A stretch of DNA of 64,000 bases from Sminthopsis crassicaudata. Its lineage: Eukaryota. The position numbers and the translations under genes are program-made. Positions 50,550-62,460 of this stretch are shown here, piece after piece; positions within the stretch are counted from its first letter, which is position 1, and each line of letters begins with the position of its first letter. The stretch spans positions 227,871,238 through 227,935,237 of the forward strand of contig NC_133621.1 of assembly GCF_048593235.1 (NCBI RefSeq), written 5' to 3'. The notes beneath the pieces are model-generated. The model was given only the letters and a program-made list of their open reading frames with translations, was not told where the DNA came from and did no database searches.

Positions 50550-51790
50550 TAGTTTGAAGCCCCTGAGAGGGGGGCATATGTGTAAAATGTATCCTCTAGT
50601 CCTACCTCTTGGTAGGCTTCATGAGATGGAGGGGAGGGAGTTTAAAAGCCTTTTTAGGATTCACTTGGGCACAAACTGAGCATGGCTGACAGACCTGTTT
50701 AATTGTTTCTCCTAGCTTGTGACCAGTGAAAATAGGTCTTATAAGGTGTTGGAGAGCATTTTTTCCAAATGAGTAGTTTGGTTTAGACCCAAAGAGAAGT
50801 TTTCACAGACTGGCGTCTCGGATTAAAAATTGACCTGAAGAGGTTTGAAACCATTCCAGAGGGGAAAAGGGTATATATACCCTCTTTCTTTAGCAAGGGC
50901 TTGTTCTTGAGAGCTATATAAGAGAGTATAGGAGTTGGGGAATTAAAGGTATCATGGTAAAGGGCAGCTGAATTTGCAAGCCTCTTTCTCTTGGCCTGAA
51001 GTGAATCCCCTTTCTGGTGTCCTTTACAAAACAAGACAGAAACTTCTCTAGGTCCACAGACAGCTTGCCATAATTGTTTTGCTGTCAAAAATCCTCTTTC
51101 TTTCCATATAGCCCCATGATCCTGCAAAATATGAAAAGCATATTTAGAGTCAGTATAGATGTTCCCTCTCATTACTTTCCCCAATTCTAAAACTCTGGGA
51201 GGTCAAAATTGTTCTGAACCTGGGATAAGGGGGGGAGGAGTTAGAGCCTTCAATGGTTGGCCTAGGGTGAGCTTAGATACTTCCTCAATTAGAAGGACTT
51301 ATGGCAATTAGCTCTAAGACAGGAAGATCACCCAAAAACCACCAACTTTATTTGAGAAGTAAGCAAGAGGTCTAGAACAGGGTTCCAGATGCTGAGATGA
51401 GACTGCTAGGATCTGGCCCTGCCTTCCATCAATGCACAGTGTAAAAGGCTTTAGGTAGAGTTAAGGCTAGGGCAAGAGATTAGTTTAGCTTTCAGAGTCT
51501 TAACAGACTGATGGCCTATGCCTTTAGACAAATAAAATTCATAGTCCTGGATGGGGGTAGGGGGCTTGGAAGTTAAAGGTTTTTATAAAGGCTGCAGGCA
51601 GAGAAGCCTTTCTGGTAGGCCTGCAGATCAAAATGTCATTTACATATGAGATAATCAATACCTGTCCAAAAATGTGGGGGCTGTCACAGAAGCCTTGGGC
51701 TACCTCCATATTATGGACATATGGGTCCATGTTAATTGGTGGGGGATGACGATCCCTGGATTTGCCCCTTCAAAGGGCAAAAGGAAATAG
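50550..51790 (-). pseudogene. Degenerate class I (gamma/epsilon-like) ERV pol: RT, connection and RNase H remnants
   Basis: Fragments QGFCDSPHIFGQVL and YVNDILIC (RT, with YVDD altered), EVSKLTLGQPL (connection), and NIYTDSKYAF...HGAIWKERGFLT...CKGHQKG (RNase H). Stops and deletions throughout. Confidence 0.9.
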
Positions 51791-52461
51791 TGAATCTTTA
51801 TGCAATGATATGCAAAAAAAAAAAAAAAAAAAAAAAAATTATCTTTAAAATCTAAGGTAGAAAATCATTGTGTTTCTGGGATACTTTTTTTTACTCACCA
51901 TTTGCTCTGATTATAGAAATGTGCTATAAGAGGAAAAAGCAGGGACATGATTATAATAGTATCAAAACAGGTCCTTCAGGCTTCAGCCTGAGAGCACAAT
52001 CAATCATGCAGTAACAATTCCACCTCATAGCCAGGAATCAATCAGGAATAATCAGGTGGGAAACAAAGAAACAGAACTGGGGAACTGAGTCAAAAGGATC
52101 CCACCTTAAGCCAAGGCTAAGGTTGTCCTCCCAGCTCTAAGAGATAAGACGTCCACCTATGACAATTCAGGAAGACATTCCTTTGAATAATTTATGGCAG
52201 TTCTCTGGAATGGTGGGTTCTTGGCTTAATGATTAGGCAATCAAATTCAAGATTCAAAAAAATATCAGTTATAGTCCCAAGAGATTTTATCTCTCTAATA
52301 GCAAAATCTAATTGCAGCTTAAGACTATTTATATTATTTTAAAAGTTTACCAGGACTTACACACACAGGAGATTTTGTTTAACATGTTTTATATGTTTAA
52401 ACTTATTTATGCTTGTATAAAGGGACATTCAATGGCAATCATTATACAAGCTTATAGATTC

Positions 52462-52611
52462 TTTTTTTTTTTTTTTCCTAAGATAATTGGGGTTAAGTTA
52501 CTTGCCCAGGGGTCACACAGCTAGGAAGTATTAAATCTGAAGCCATATTTGAACTCAGATCTTCCTGACTTCAGGACTGGTGCTCTATCTACTGCTCCAC
52601 CTAGCTGTCCC
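52462..52611 (-). mobile_element. WSINE1-like SINE in the ERV internal region
   Basis: Poly-T followed by the reverse-complement SINE; degenerate TSD cttata(g/a)attc. Confidence 0.85.
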
Positions 52612-54928
52612 GAAACTTATAAATTCTTAGTAAACATATTCTTTTTTAGGAAATATAAATCCTAAACATGCTCAATTTCTCAGGGCCAATGACCTTGCTT
52701 ACCCTGATGGTCTCAAGAAAACTGGCAAGATTACAAATTTAGGGGAGTTGACAGAAACCCCAGAGAAGGAACTGAGCTTGCTGTTGTTCCCCCTAACTAT
52801 TCTTAGTATTTTCTTGGGCTGTGTTATTTGATACCTTCCTCCAATCTGTGAAGAGGGAAAAAAGTGTTACGCACCTCATACTTGTAGGTGAATTTATAAG
52901 GCTTTCACCTCATCCCTCTTGTTCCACACATAGTAATTACCCATTTTAGGTTTAACATGATGACAATAATTCCAAATTACTTAGTTAACAATTTTAGAAT
53001 TTTTCTACATAATAGCCAAATAGTCCTAGCTATAATTTCTATTCCCTTGAATAAGTTTCCCTTTTGTTTTAAAGAGAAAATAAGACAATTCTTAAAATTG
53101 AGATAGAATAGATTTTAAAATTGACTTAACTTTAGTTATTGAGATTCCCTAAATTCTGATTAAATATTCCAGATAAACTGAATTTCCATTTGGTTATTTT
53201 CCAATTCACTCAACTCATTTTCCTTTTGTGAGTCAGCAAAAGGGTTAAAGGTACCAGTTTTTAGTGACAGATTCCTCAGAAGTATGACTCTACATAACTT
53301 AAAAGCAGGCTGTTTGTTGCCAGTCTTTAAAGTAGTAGCAAACTGCTTTTCTATTTTCCTAAAGGTCCCAAAGGCTTAAATTTTCTGGTAACACTATCAG
53401 TGCAAATAGATTACAATTTACATATCCCTTTAGGGGCTTTAATTAGCATATCTTTAAAATTACTTTTACTATTATATCTCAAATAACAAATTTCCAAATT
53501 ACTTTACACACACACATGAATAATTAATCTGTTGGTCATATCTAAAAACCTATGAAGTTATCAAATATGAAGCAAATGATATCCAACAAAGCAGCTGACA
53601 TTCATATATCATGTTTTATGGTAAGCAATTTTGCAATCATATGATCTTCACAACAACTATTATTTCTCTTTACAAATCAGAAAACTTAGCAGAGATAAAA
53701 CAATTTGCCATAAGTTACATAATTAATACATATCCACAACTGAAACAGAGAATTGTGGACTTAGGAAATGAAGAAGCCAATTGGTTTTCTCTCTTCACAC
53801 TGCTGGGTGGCATCAGGGGTGCCCAGGTCCTTCCCAGGCAGTTGCTGGACAGAACCTTCTCAAGGCTGAGGTGACTCATGCCAATATCTCTTCAGGTGCT
53901 AGAACTCAGGGAATGCTGACCATGGATTCTGACCCTCATTCCATTCCCATTCCCCCAAGCTAGATTGGGAAAGTGTTTGGGCAAGATTGTGTGGGGTCCC
54001 CACAATAGGTTGTGACTTCCCCTATTTCTATGGATGAAACAGAATTTGAGTTTCCCTCCAATACTTTAGCATTTTCTTTTCTTAATCTGAGGTGAGATGA
54101 TAAAAGTTAGCAAGCAAGGGACTTGGGCTCTATTGATCTTGTTAGCAATCCCCATAACTGAGATACACTCAGGACTTTGGGGAGTGGAGTGGAGAAGGTC
54201 CCTTAATATCTTCTGGAGTGCTTTCCCAAATGGACAGAAAGAGACTCCAGATAAGAGTCAAGGAAGGGTTAGCCAAAAGTTGCTGTTTACCTTTGTTTTT
54301 TCCTTTTTCTTTTCTTTCAGAATTTGGTAAATTCCTGGAATTATCCCCAATGTTTCAGGAATTTTTCTTGTCATCTTAAAATGACGAATTGCCAAACATA
54401 TTAATCATTGCTCTCAAAAATTTTTGAATCTGCTAAGATGTTATTTTAATTTTAATTAGCTAACTTTATTTCTGAAGGTCCCCAGCTTGGCCAGAGCTGA
54501 AGTCCATAGGAAAAATTAGGCTTTTAGGAATCAAGGATGCTAAGAAATCTTCCCAGGTAACAAAATCTAGCTCATAGAACTAACATGGCACAGACACAGA
54601 CAAAAACGACATGAAAGAAGATTGTCCCATCTTTGCCAAAAGCCATAAAATTTTGCCAAAAGCCATCCTATAGTGTTTTGTCTCCTCTGGCATCACAGAG
54701 AAGGTGACAAGGTGGCAAAAATTCCCTAGGAACTTTGCCAAAAATTGTAAAAATTTCCAAGTCTGGGCATCTCCAGTCAAGGAAAATTTGCTGAATGTGG
54801 AGCTCATGATGACCCAGACAAGACTTCTCCCAGTAACTTGGGATGTCCCAGTTATAGATTGAGGGAGAAAAAAATGGAGGAGGCTTAATCTTGACAATGA
54901 AGGAATCAAGCCAGTGAAGGCCAGACTC

Positions 54929-54946
54929 TCTCCATATGGGCCACTA
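54929..54946 (-). promoter_or_regulatory. Retroviral primer-binding site, tRNA-Ile-like
   Basis: TAGTGGCCCATATGGAGA versus the Ile PBS TGGTGGCCCGTACGGGGA: 14/18, two mismatches at CpGs. Sits 2 nt after the LTR-terminal CA. Confidence 0.65.
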
Positions 54947-54948
54947 AA

Positions 54949-55644
54949 TGTTGAGGTTGGGTAGGGTCCCCAAAAGGTTGGGTTGCAGACTAGTGTGTTT
55001 CAAAAAATTGACAGGCTTGAATCCATATCCAAGTCAACAGGCAAAATTTATTGTAATTGTAACCCCAATTGAAGTGGGCTAAATTCGAAAAGAATTTAAC
55101 AAAGAAGCTGGACATGGAGACAAATTAATCCAGTTCATCTCATTGATATGCTAATTTTATGGCTTAGAGATAGAGCTGAGGAGTGGTCTCATGAATTTGA
55201 TTATCACTGATTAGCAGATCTAGGACTATCCTAAAGCCAGAAGACTTTAGAATCATTGACAGACAGATATTTAGAACAATAGTATTTTAAGGTCAGAGGG
55301 CCTCAGGATCATTAATGTATCTTCCCTAAAATCTAAGGGAAGAAATATTATATTCCTAGGCCAGAAGACTTTTACAATCATTGAAGGCACAGATTGCCAG
55401 AACAATAGTACTCCAAGGTTTTGTGGGGGGAACCCCCCTAGTGTTGTCTCCCCTAGAAGCCATATTCCTTCACTAGGAATGAAACTACTTTCTTTTTTTT
55501 TTTTTTTTTTTCCCCTGAGGCTGGGGTTAAGTGACTTGCCCAGGGTCACACAGCTAGGAAGTGTTAAGTGTCCTCCTGAATTCAGGGCTGGTGCTCTAAA
55601 ACTGCGCCACCTAGCTGCCCCTGAAACTACTTTCAATTGTAACA
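54949..55644 (-). mobile_element. 5' LTR of the inner class I provirus (contains a SINE)
   Basis: Minus strand TGTTACAA...CCCAACCTCAACA; AATAAA at 55047-55052; direct-repeat homology to 48574-49910; PBS follows. Confidence 0.8.
55493..55622 (-). mobile_element. WSINE1-like SINE in the inner 5' LTR
   Basis: Perfect 12-bp TSD gaaactactttc at 55481-55492 and 55623-55634. Confidence 0.92.
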
Positions 55645-55672
55645 CCAATTGTTCCTCCTCTTCCTGCCAATA

Positions 55673-55973
55673 TGTTATGGGAGCAACCTGCTAGTGGCTG
55701 CTGAGTGTTGTGAGAGCCACTTGCTAGTAGCTGATGGGGAGCTTATTCTGACCACAGAATAGATTCCTTCATGTGAGAGGATGATAATAATACAAGGAGA
55801 ATGAGAGGCAGTTGCATTCTCTGACCTTTCTCCTCTTCCCTTTTGCCTTCAATTTATTTAAGTCCCAGTCCACAAGCAATATTTGTGTCAGTAAAGGCTG
55901 CTTTGCAGTTCCTTCAAGTGTAGTATGATTCACAGCTGTGGGTCTTTCTGGAGAACTGACTTGCCCTTTCACA
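55673..55973 (-). mobile_element. LTR-like fragment inside the outer element
   Basis: TG...CA ends and minus-strand AATAAA at 55853-55858; no matching TSD found. Confidence 0.4.
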
Positions 55974-57156
55974 CTTAGACGCAGTCCTTAACAATTCTCC
56001 ATTTTTTATTTTATGGGAACATGGATATTTTTCCCACAACAGCATGGTCAGTAAGTTTGTCCAATGTTGTGAAGCAGCTATTATTTGAATCTTACACAGA
56101 CCCCTGGGAGTAAAATAGCTATGGCTTCTATCTCCCCTCCTAAATTTTGTACTCTTTTCTATGAACTACTGTATTGGGAAGGGGGAGAGATTTTAAAGTG
56201 TAAAATAGATTTCTCTAGATTTCCCCAAGCCATGTGGAGATAGAACATACCTTTTTACAGAATCCAGAGTCCCTTGAGAAGAGTTTGGGGACTGGGAATT
56301 GGGGGGGGGGAATTGGAGGTAGGGAAAATAGGGACTCACATAGAGAGAAGCTGAGGCTTACTCCAGAGCATAGAGTTTTGAGAGAGTTTTTGGGAGAGGC
56401 TGGACTGGACATAAATCCATGCAATAGCTCTAGTCATTCCCTGTCCCTTCTAAGGAGAGAAGCTTGAAGCTTAAAAAAAATAAGGTTAATTTGTGTCAAA
56501 ATGCTTTACAAGCATTTAAAAATTCTAAAATGACCACATTTTTTTCTTTGTAACTCAGCTGACTGAGAGAAATATAGAAGATAAAACACACACACACACA
56601 AACAAAACTGCTTTTAAATTCCTTTTTCTTTTTCTGTATAATACAAAGTTGTTCCTTCCCTACTTCCTGGAGGAGATCCTCTTCTCTTCCAGGCCCCATA
56701 TCTTTACTTTTCACCTAAAGTTTCTTTTAAATTTCTCCTGTGTAGATCCTTTCTCACACCAGTGTAAAGATTTCCACATTCCAGTGATCCCAAATCACTA
56801 ATATTTACTCAACTCTAGATTTCTTGTCTTCCTCTCTCTTTCAGGATTATATGAGAGTTATATATTAGGAATTTCCACTCCTTATTGTCATTATATTCTC
56901 CATCTTATTGACCTGTCTGACATTTCAGATCCTGTAAGATGACCCCAGCTACCAAAGGCAATACCACATCGTCCATGTCCTTACCTTTGGTCTATGCAGA
57001 GTTTGCCTGGCTACTGCATTCCTTCCTGATTCCTGGATTCATCAGTGACCTTACTTCCTGGTCCTGGAATCTATGTACAATCTATGGGGCTGTTGAAATC
57101 ATCAGAACACATTTCTTTGTGCTTTGACTGGGCCACCATGAACTCATTATGTCTCC

Positions 57157-57174
57157 ATCCCAGACAAGCCCCCA
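57157..57174 (-). promoter_or_regulatory. Retroviral primer-binding site, tRNA-Pro
   Basis: TGGGGGCTTGTCTGGGAT versus the Pro PBS TGGGGGCTCGTCCGGGAT: 16/18, both mismatches are CpG-to-TpG. Confidence 0.85.
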
Positions 57175-57176
57175 TT

Positions 57177-58200
57177 TGTAAGAAACAAAATATTTTATCA
57201 AGAACTCCAATGACTCATTGATGAATGCAGGAAAGATTTATTTTACATTCTTGCAAGAGTGGGTTCCTAAGTGACTAGACACATCTTTGAATCTCCAAAG
57301 GCAGCATTTTATTTCCTATCCTGAAGCACAATCCTTCCCTTCATTCCCTATTAATTAAATATTTCAGAAGTTACATGACATTGATGTCATGTGATTTTGT
57401 GGTCTCCTGACCTTGGAAGGCTTCTATGTAATGGGTCAGTGGTTTTGAGTCTTTTGGCTTTGGAATCTACCTCAGGAAACTCCCAATCTATATGATTCTA
57501 ACACTCCTTAGCCAGGTAGCTTCTGACTTCAGAAAACTCCTATGCCCAGTCTGATTCTGAATAGACTACTTCTCAGTTCATTGCTGACTGATGATCTGGT
57601 CAGTGATAATCAAATTTCAGAGACTACCCTCAATTTATCTGGAGATTACTCCTTAGTCTTAACCTTGAGCTATAGAATTAGCATATCTATGATTGAAAGC
57701 TGTATATGTTTTTCTCCTTGCTTCACTTTCTTTACTGGATTCCCTTAGAATTCAGATCACCTAGTAATGGCATACATTGCTTTCAATAAAATTTTGTCCC
57801 TTGACTAGGAGAGTTCAGGCCTACAAATTCTTTTGAGCTACCTCTTGACACTGATCTAGGCCTTTGGGGTACCTCTTTCCCAACCTCAACAACATGAATC
57901 TCTGCCTCACATTACATAGCCAGTCCCTGCCCCCAAAGAAGTTTCCATTTTAAAAGGTGAAAGGATAATAGAGGAGGGCTAAGGGCAGAGAACAAAAGAT
58001 TTTTTCAAATCTCAAGCCATTACTGTTCATTATAAAAGTTAGTCTCATCTCCCAAGGAGTTTGCATTCTTTGGGGGAAAAATAAACTTCACCCTTGATAA
58101 TTCCTTCATGTCCTAATGGGTTTCAGTTTTCTAATTTAATTTAATTTTTTTCAATTTAATTTTCATAACTATTGAAAATCAATGTCTATTCATTTCTTGA
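57177..58200 (-). mobile_element. 5' LTR of the outer LTR retroelement, split by a solo LTR
   Basis: Homologous to 47928-48396 once 57382-57891 is removed. AATAAA at 57237-57242. Followed after 2 nt by a tRNA-Pro PBS. The high-coordinate end is approximate. Confidence 0.7.
57382..57891 (+). mobile_element. Solo LTR (510 bp) with a 4-bp TSD ACAT
   Basis: TGATG...CAACA termini; ACAT at 57378-57381 and 57892-57895; AATAAA at 57785-57790. The partner LTR shows the empty site (ACAT at ~48127). Confidence 0.85.
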
Positions 58201-58751
58201 ATAAGATTGCATGCTGTTTTGAGGGAGGGGGAGGCAAAGGATGGAGGCAGAAAAATTTAAAACACAAAGTTTTACAAAAGTGTATGTTGAAAACTATCTT
58301 CACATATATTTGTAAAAATACAATACTATTAAAAATTAAAAAAAATAAATTTGTAATCAAGATAACTAAAAATGATATAATTTTATGATCTTAATCCTAG
58401 TTGCTTTTTAATGTAGATTCAGAATACAAAAGCATTAGAATGGGAGCTCCTTGAGGGCAAGGGTATACAATCCTTGATGCTGTACTGAATGAGCTTAAAT
58501 TTAATTAATGCTTGTTGACTTGATTGACATCTCAGGTAAGACAAATTAAGGGCCTCAGTTTTAACTTTAGAATGAGATGTTTAAATTAGATGATCTAACA
58601 TTTTTTCCGGCTTTAAATTTTAAAGTGAGAGTTTTTTGCATATGTGATGAATGTCCTCATAAAGATGACAAATATTACTCAAATGTCATTTGAAGAAATG
58701 TGTCCCCATTAAGCAACACAAAAGAACCTATGTGAGACACAAAAGAACCTA

Positions 58752-59243
58752 TGTGAGACGCAAAAGAAAAAAAAAAGACCCCTACCAAAAATGACTACTC
58801 AGAGTTCACTCAAAGTAAAAAGCAGAAAAGGTTTATTATAGCAGTCCTGCTTAGAGAACAAAGGGTGAAAATTCTCATAGAGGGGGGGCTAAAGAGTTAG
58901 TATGGACATACAATTTTATAGGTTTTGTTACAGACACCATAAATTAGAAAGCATTAAGAAGCATGTGATCTCCTAATGGAATATCTCTGTCAAAAAAAAA
59001 TTGGGAATGGAATATTTCAGGTTCCCTAAAATTACCTATCTTGTAGGAAACTTTAAATCAGCAGATAACTGAGCTGACTGTTTAAACTAATAGGTTAAAC
59101 AATGTCAGACATTGATGAATGCCACGAATTTAGGTTAAGTAAATGTGTCTGCAACTGGCCCCAAATTTAAGTAAATAGAGGATTACACATAGGTCATAAG
59201 GGGACACAGAAATAATGAAAAGAAAAAAAGAAAAAGCATTCAC
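58752..59243 (-). mobile_element. LTR-like segment
   Basis: TG...CA-type ends and minus-strand AATAAA near 58822; no TSD found; boundaries uncertain. Confidence 0.3.
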
Positions 59244-60479
59244 ACATCCCTGTAAGTTCTTCATCTCATCTTTTCATTCCACACAAACCCCTGCCTATAC
59301 AGGGCTTCTACTAGAGCTGGTTGAGAAAGATATTACAAAGTAAATTGAGACAGTGCATCAGAAAAGTACAAAACAGGCAGAAAAAGCACTGGTCTGGATT
59401 TCAGTTCTATATCTAACATTTTCATGTCTAATAGTCATGACATCTAAATCTCAGTTTCCTTAATTGTAAAATGGATCAAATAATATATTTGTATAGCCTC
59501 CTTCACAGGTTGATATCAGGAAATCAATGAGCTGTTGTGAGAAATAAGAAGAGGGAAAGATTATTTTTTTGTATGTTTAAACATGAATTGATAGTTCTCT
59601 TTCAGTTTATTTTAGTAGCTAAAATCCAATTAGCCCCTAAATTTCTTATATATGTTCTCAAGTCCCACAGAAACAGAATATCTGACTATTATAAAATGAA
59701 ATGCATAGAATTTTCATAGAAATCTTGCTGGATGGTAGGATGCCATATTTAGAATCAAAAGCCCTGTCCAGGAATTCCCACTCCATCTTTGAAGTAACAT
59801 GTTCTAGGGGGCAGCTAGGTGGCGCATTCATCTCTCTTGACCTTAGATTACTCTTCAGGAAAAGGAAAATATCTAAGCTCTTCACTTTGCCACAGATTAA
59901 TTTACCTTGAGTGAACAGTTCTCTGAGCCTCAATTTCCTTATTTGTGAAAAATAGTATAATTTTACTTTTAATACTTAATTTACTAAATTAAATGAATTC
60001 ATTTGGGACTCTTTCTTGGACTTCTTAGATATCTTGAATGGTGAGTGAATATGTTTTCCTCATTGTACTATGTCATCTGGCTATCCACCTTTGCAATATA
60101 TCTTGGGATTTAGGAGTTTGATTTATTTTTCCTTGTCTATTTATTCTATCATTTTTTCCCCTCAAAAAAACAAAAAACCAAAAACCTGGGAGAGTTAGCC
60201 CTTTTTTCATATGTAATTTTCATTTATGCTTTCTTGAAATATAGTTCTGAAAAACCAGGCTTTAATAAAACCTATTGGAATTCAAATGGAGCTAAGCTAC
60301 CTGACTACCTTTAAATCCAAAGCATTCTGGCTCTAAAGGATTGGCCAACAATGGGTCCCAGCCCAACCATCACTTGCTCATTTTTTAGATTTTGTTGGCT
60401 TAGAGTGTGTGTAAATAGTAATCCCATACAGTTTACAGCAGCAAATAAACATGATAACCCTACATTTGACAAATGTAGA

Positions 60480-62460
60480 TTAAGATTTGGGGATAAATAT
60501 TTATTATTTGGCTAAAAAATTGTTGGGAAAACTGGAAAGCAGTGTGGCAGAAACTGGACAAAGAACAATCAATATCTTATACTATTTACCAAGATTAGAT
60601 CAAAAAAGATATAAGATCTAGATATAAAGAGAGATTTTTACAAAAAAATTAGAACATGGAACATATTACTTAGACTTATGAATAGGCAAATAATTTATGA
60701 ATAAATAAGAGATAGAGCAAAGTTGAGGATAAAATGGATCATTTTGATTACATTAAATTAAAAAGGTTTTGGACAAATAAAACAAATGTAACCAAGATCA
60801 GAAGGAAAGCAGAATCATCAATTGAAAATGACTGAACAAATTGTGTTATATGAATATAATGTAATACTATTGTTCTATAAGAAATGATGAATAGATGGAT
60901 TTCAGAAAGTCTTGGAAAGACTCACATGAACTGATACTAAGTAAAGTGAATCGACCCAGGAGAACATTGGATACAGTAACAGCAACATTGTATAATGATC
61001 AACTTGGAGGGATTTAGCTCTTCTTAGCAATACAATGATCCAAGACAATTCTGAAAGATTTATGTTGAAAAATGCCATCATATCCAGAGAGAGAACTATG
61101 GAGTTTGAGTGCATATTAAAGAGTATGATTTTAAATTGTTTTGTTTTTTCTTTCTCACGGTTTTCCCCTTTTGTTCTTCTCTTCTTTCACTACATAACTA
61201 ATGTGGAAATATGTTTAACATGATTGTACATGTATAACATATATCAGATTTCTTGCTAACTTGGAGAAGAGGAATAAAAGGGAAAGAGACAAATTTGGAA
61301 CTCAAAATCTTATAAAATTGAATTTGAAAACGATCTTTACATGTTATTGAAAAAGATACTATTAAGTACCAAAAAAAAGGAAAACAGAAAATTGGGGGAA
61401 AATTTTATTGACAGTTTGTCAGATAAAGATCTCATCTCTAAAATGCATAAAGAACTTTCCCAGATCTACAAGAATATGAGTCATTCCTCAGTTGATAAAT
61501 GGTCAAAGAATGTGAACAGGCAATTTTCCAAAGAAGAAATCAAAACAACTTATTGTCATATGAAAAAGTACTCTATAAATCATTATTGATTAAATAAATT
61601 CAATCTAAAACAATCTTAAGAATCATTTTACACCTACTAGATTAACTAAAATGATAAAAGGGGAAAGTGACAAATGTTGGAGGGGATGTAGAAAAATTAG
61701 AACATTAATTCATTATTGGTAGAATTATTAACTGATTCAATCATTCTGAAGAGCAATGTGAAATTATGCCCAAAGAATTATTAAACTACCTTTTAATCCA
61801 GCAATACCACCACATGTTCTATTTCTGAAAGGTAGGAAAAAGAGAAAAAGGAAAAGATTCTATATGTTTAAAAATGTTCATAGCAGCTCTTTGTGGTGGC
61901 AAATAACTGGAAATTGCAGAGATGCCCATTAATTGGGGCATAGCTGACCTGAACAGGTGTGGCAAATGATTGTGATGGAATACTACTTCGTAATAAGAAA
62001 TGATGAGCTCAATGCTTTTAGAAAAATATGGAAAGAGTTGCACAAAATAAAGAGCAAAATGAGCAGAACCAAGAGAATATTGTATACAGTAATAGCAATA
62101 TTGTTTTAAGGGACTTTTGAGTGAATAAGTTATTTTGTCTATTTTAAATACCCAAATTAACTATAAAGGACATATGAAGAAAGACATTGTCTGAATTAAG
62201 AGAAAGAACTGATAAATAGAAGTAGGTATAAGATTAATTTTACATATATCTACATGTCTATATCTATATATCTGTGTGTAATGGTAGCCATTGGGAAGGG
62301 AGAGAGAAGAAAAAATGTACTTGATAATTTTGTGGTATATTTGAAAAGAATAAAAAATGGTATATGGGTTTACAATTTCATATGCGATCACTTTTTTTTT
62401 ATTGTATTGTGTTATGGAAATGCTTATTTTATTCCATACTTAAAAATAAAATTTTAAAAA
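60480..62460 (+). mobile_element. Tandem L1 ORF2-end and 3' UTR fragments
   Basis: L1 ORF2 C-terminal-like sequence (gataaatggtcaaagaatgtgaacaggcaattttcc) and 3' end motifs; no intact ORF. Confidence 0.8.

Noticed and set aside
48570-55648. TSDs for the two proviruses
   Set aside because: Inner flanks CTAG/CCAA match 2/4 and outer flanks ATAG/ATAA match 3/4 with an uncertain boundary; too weak to use as evidence.
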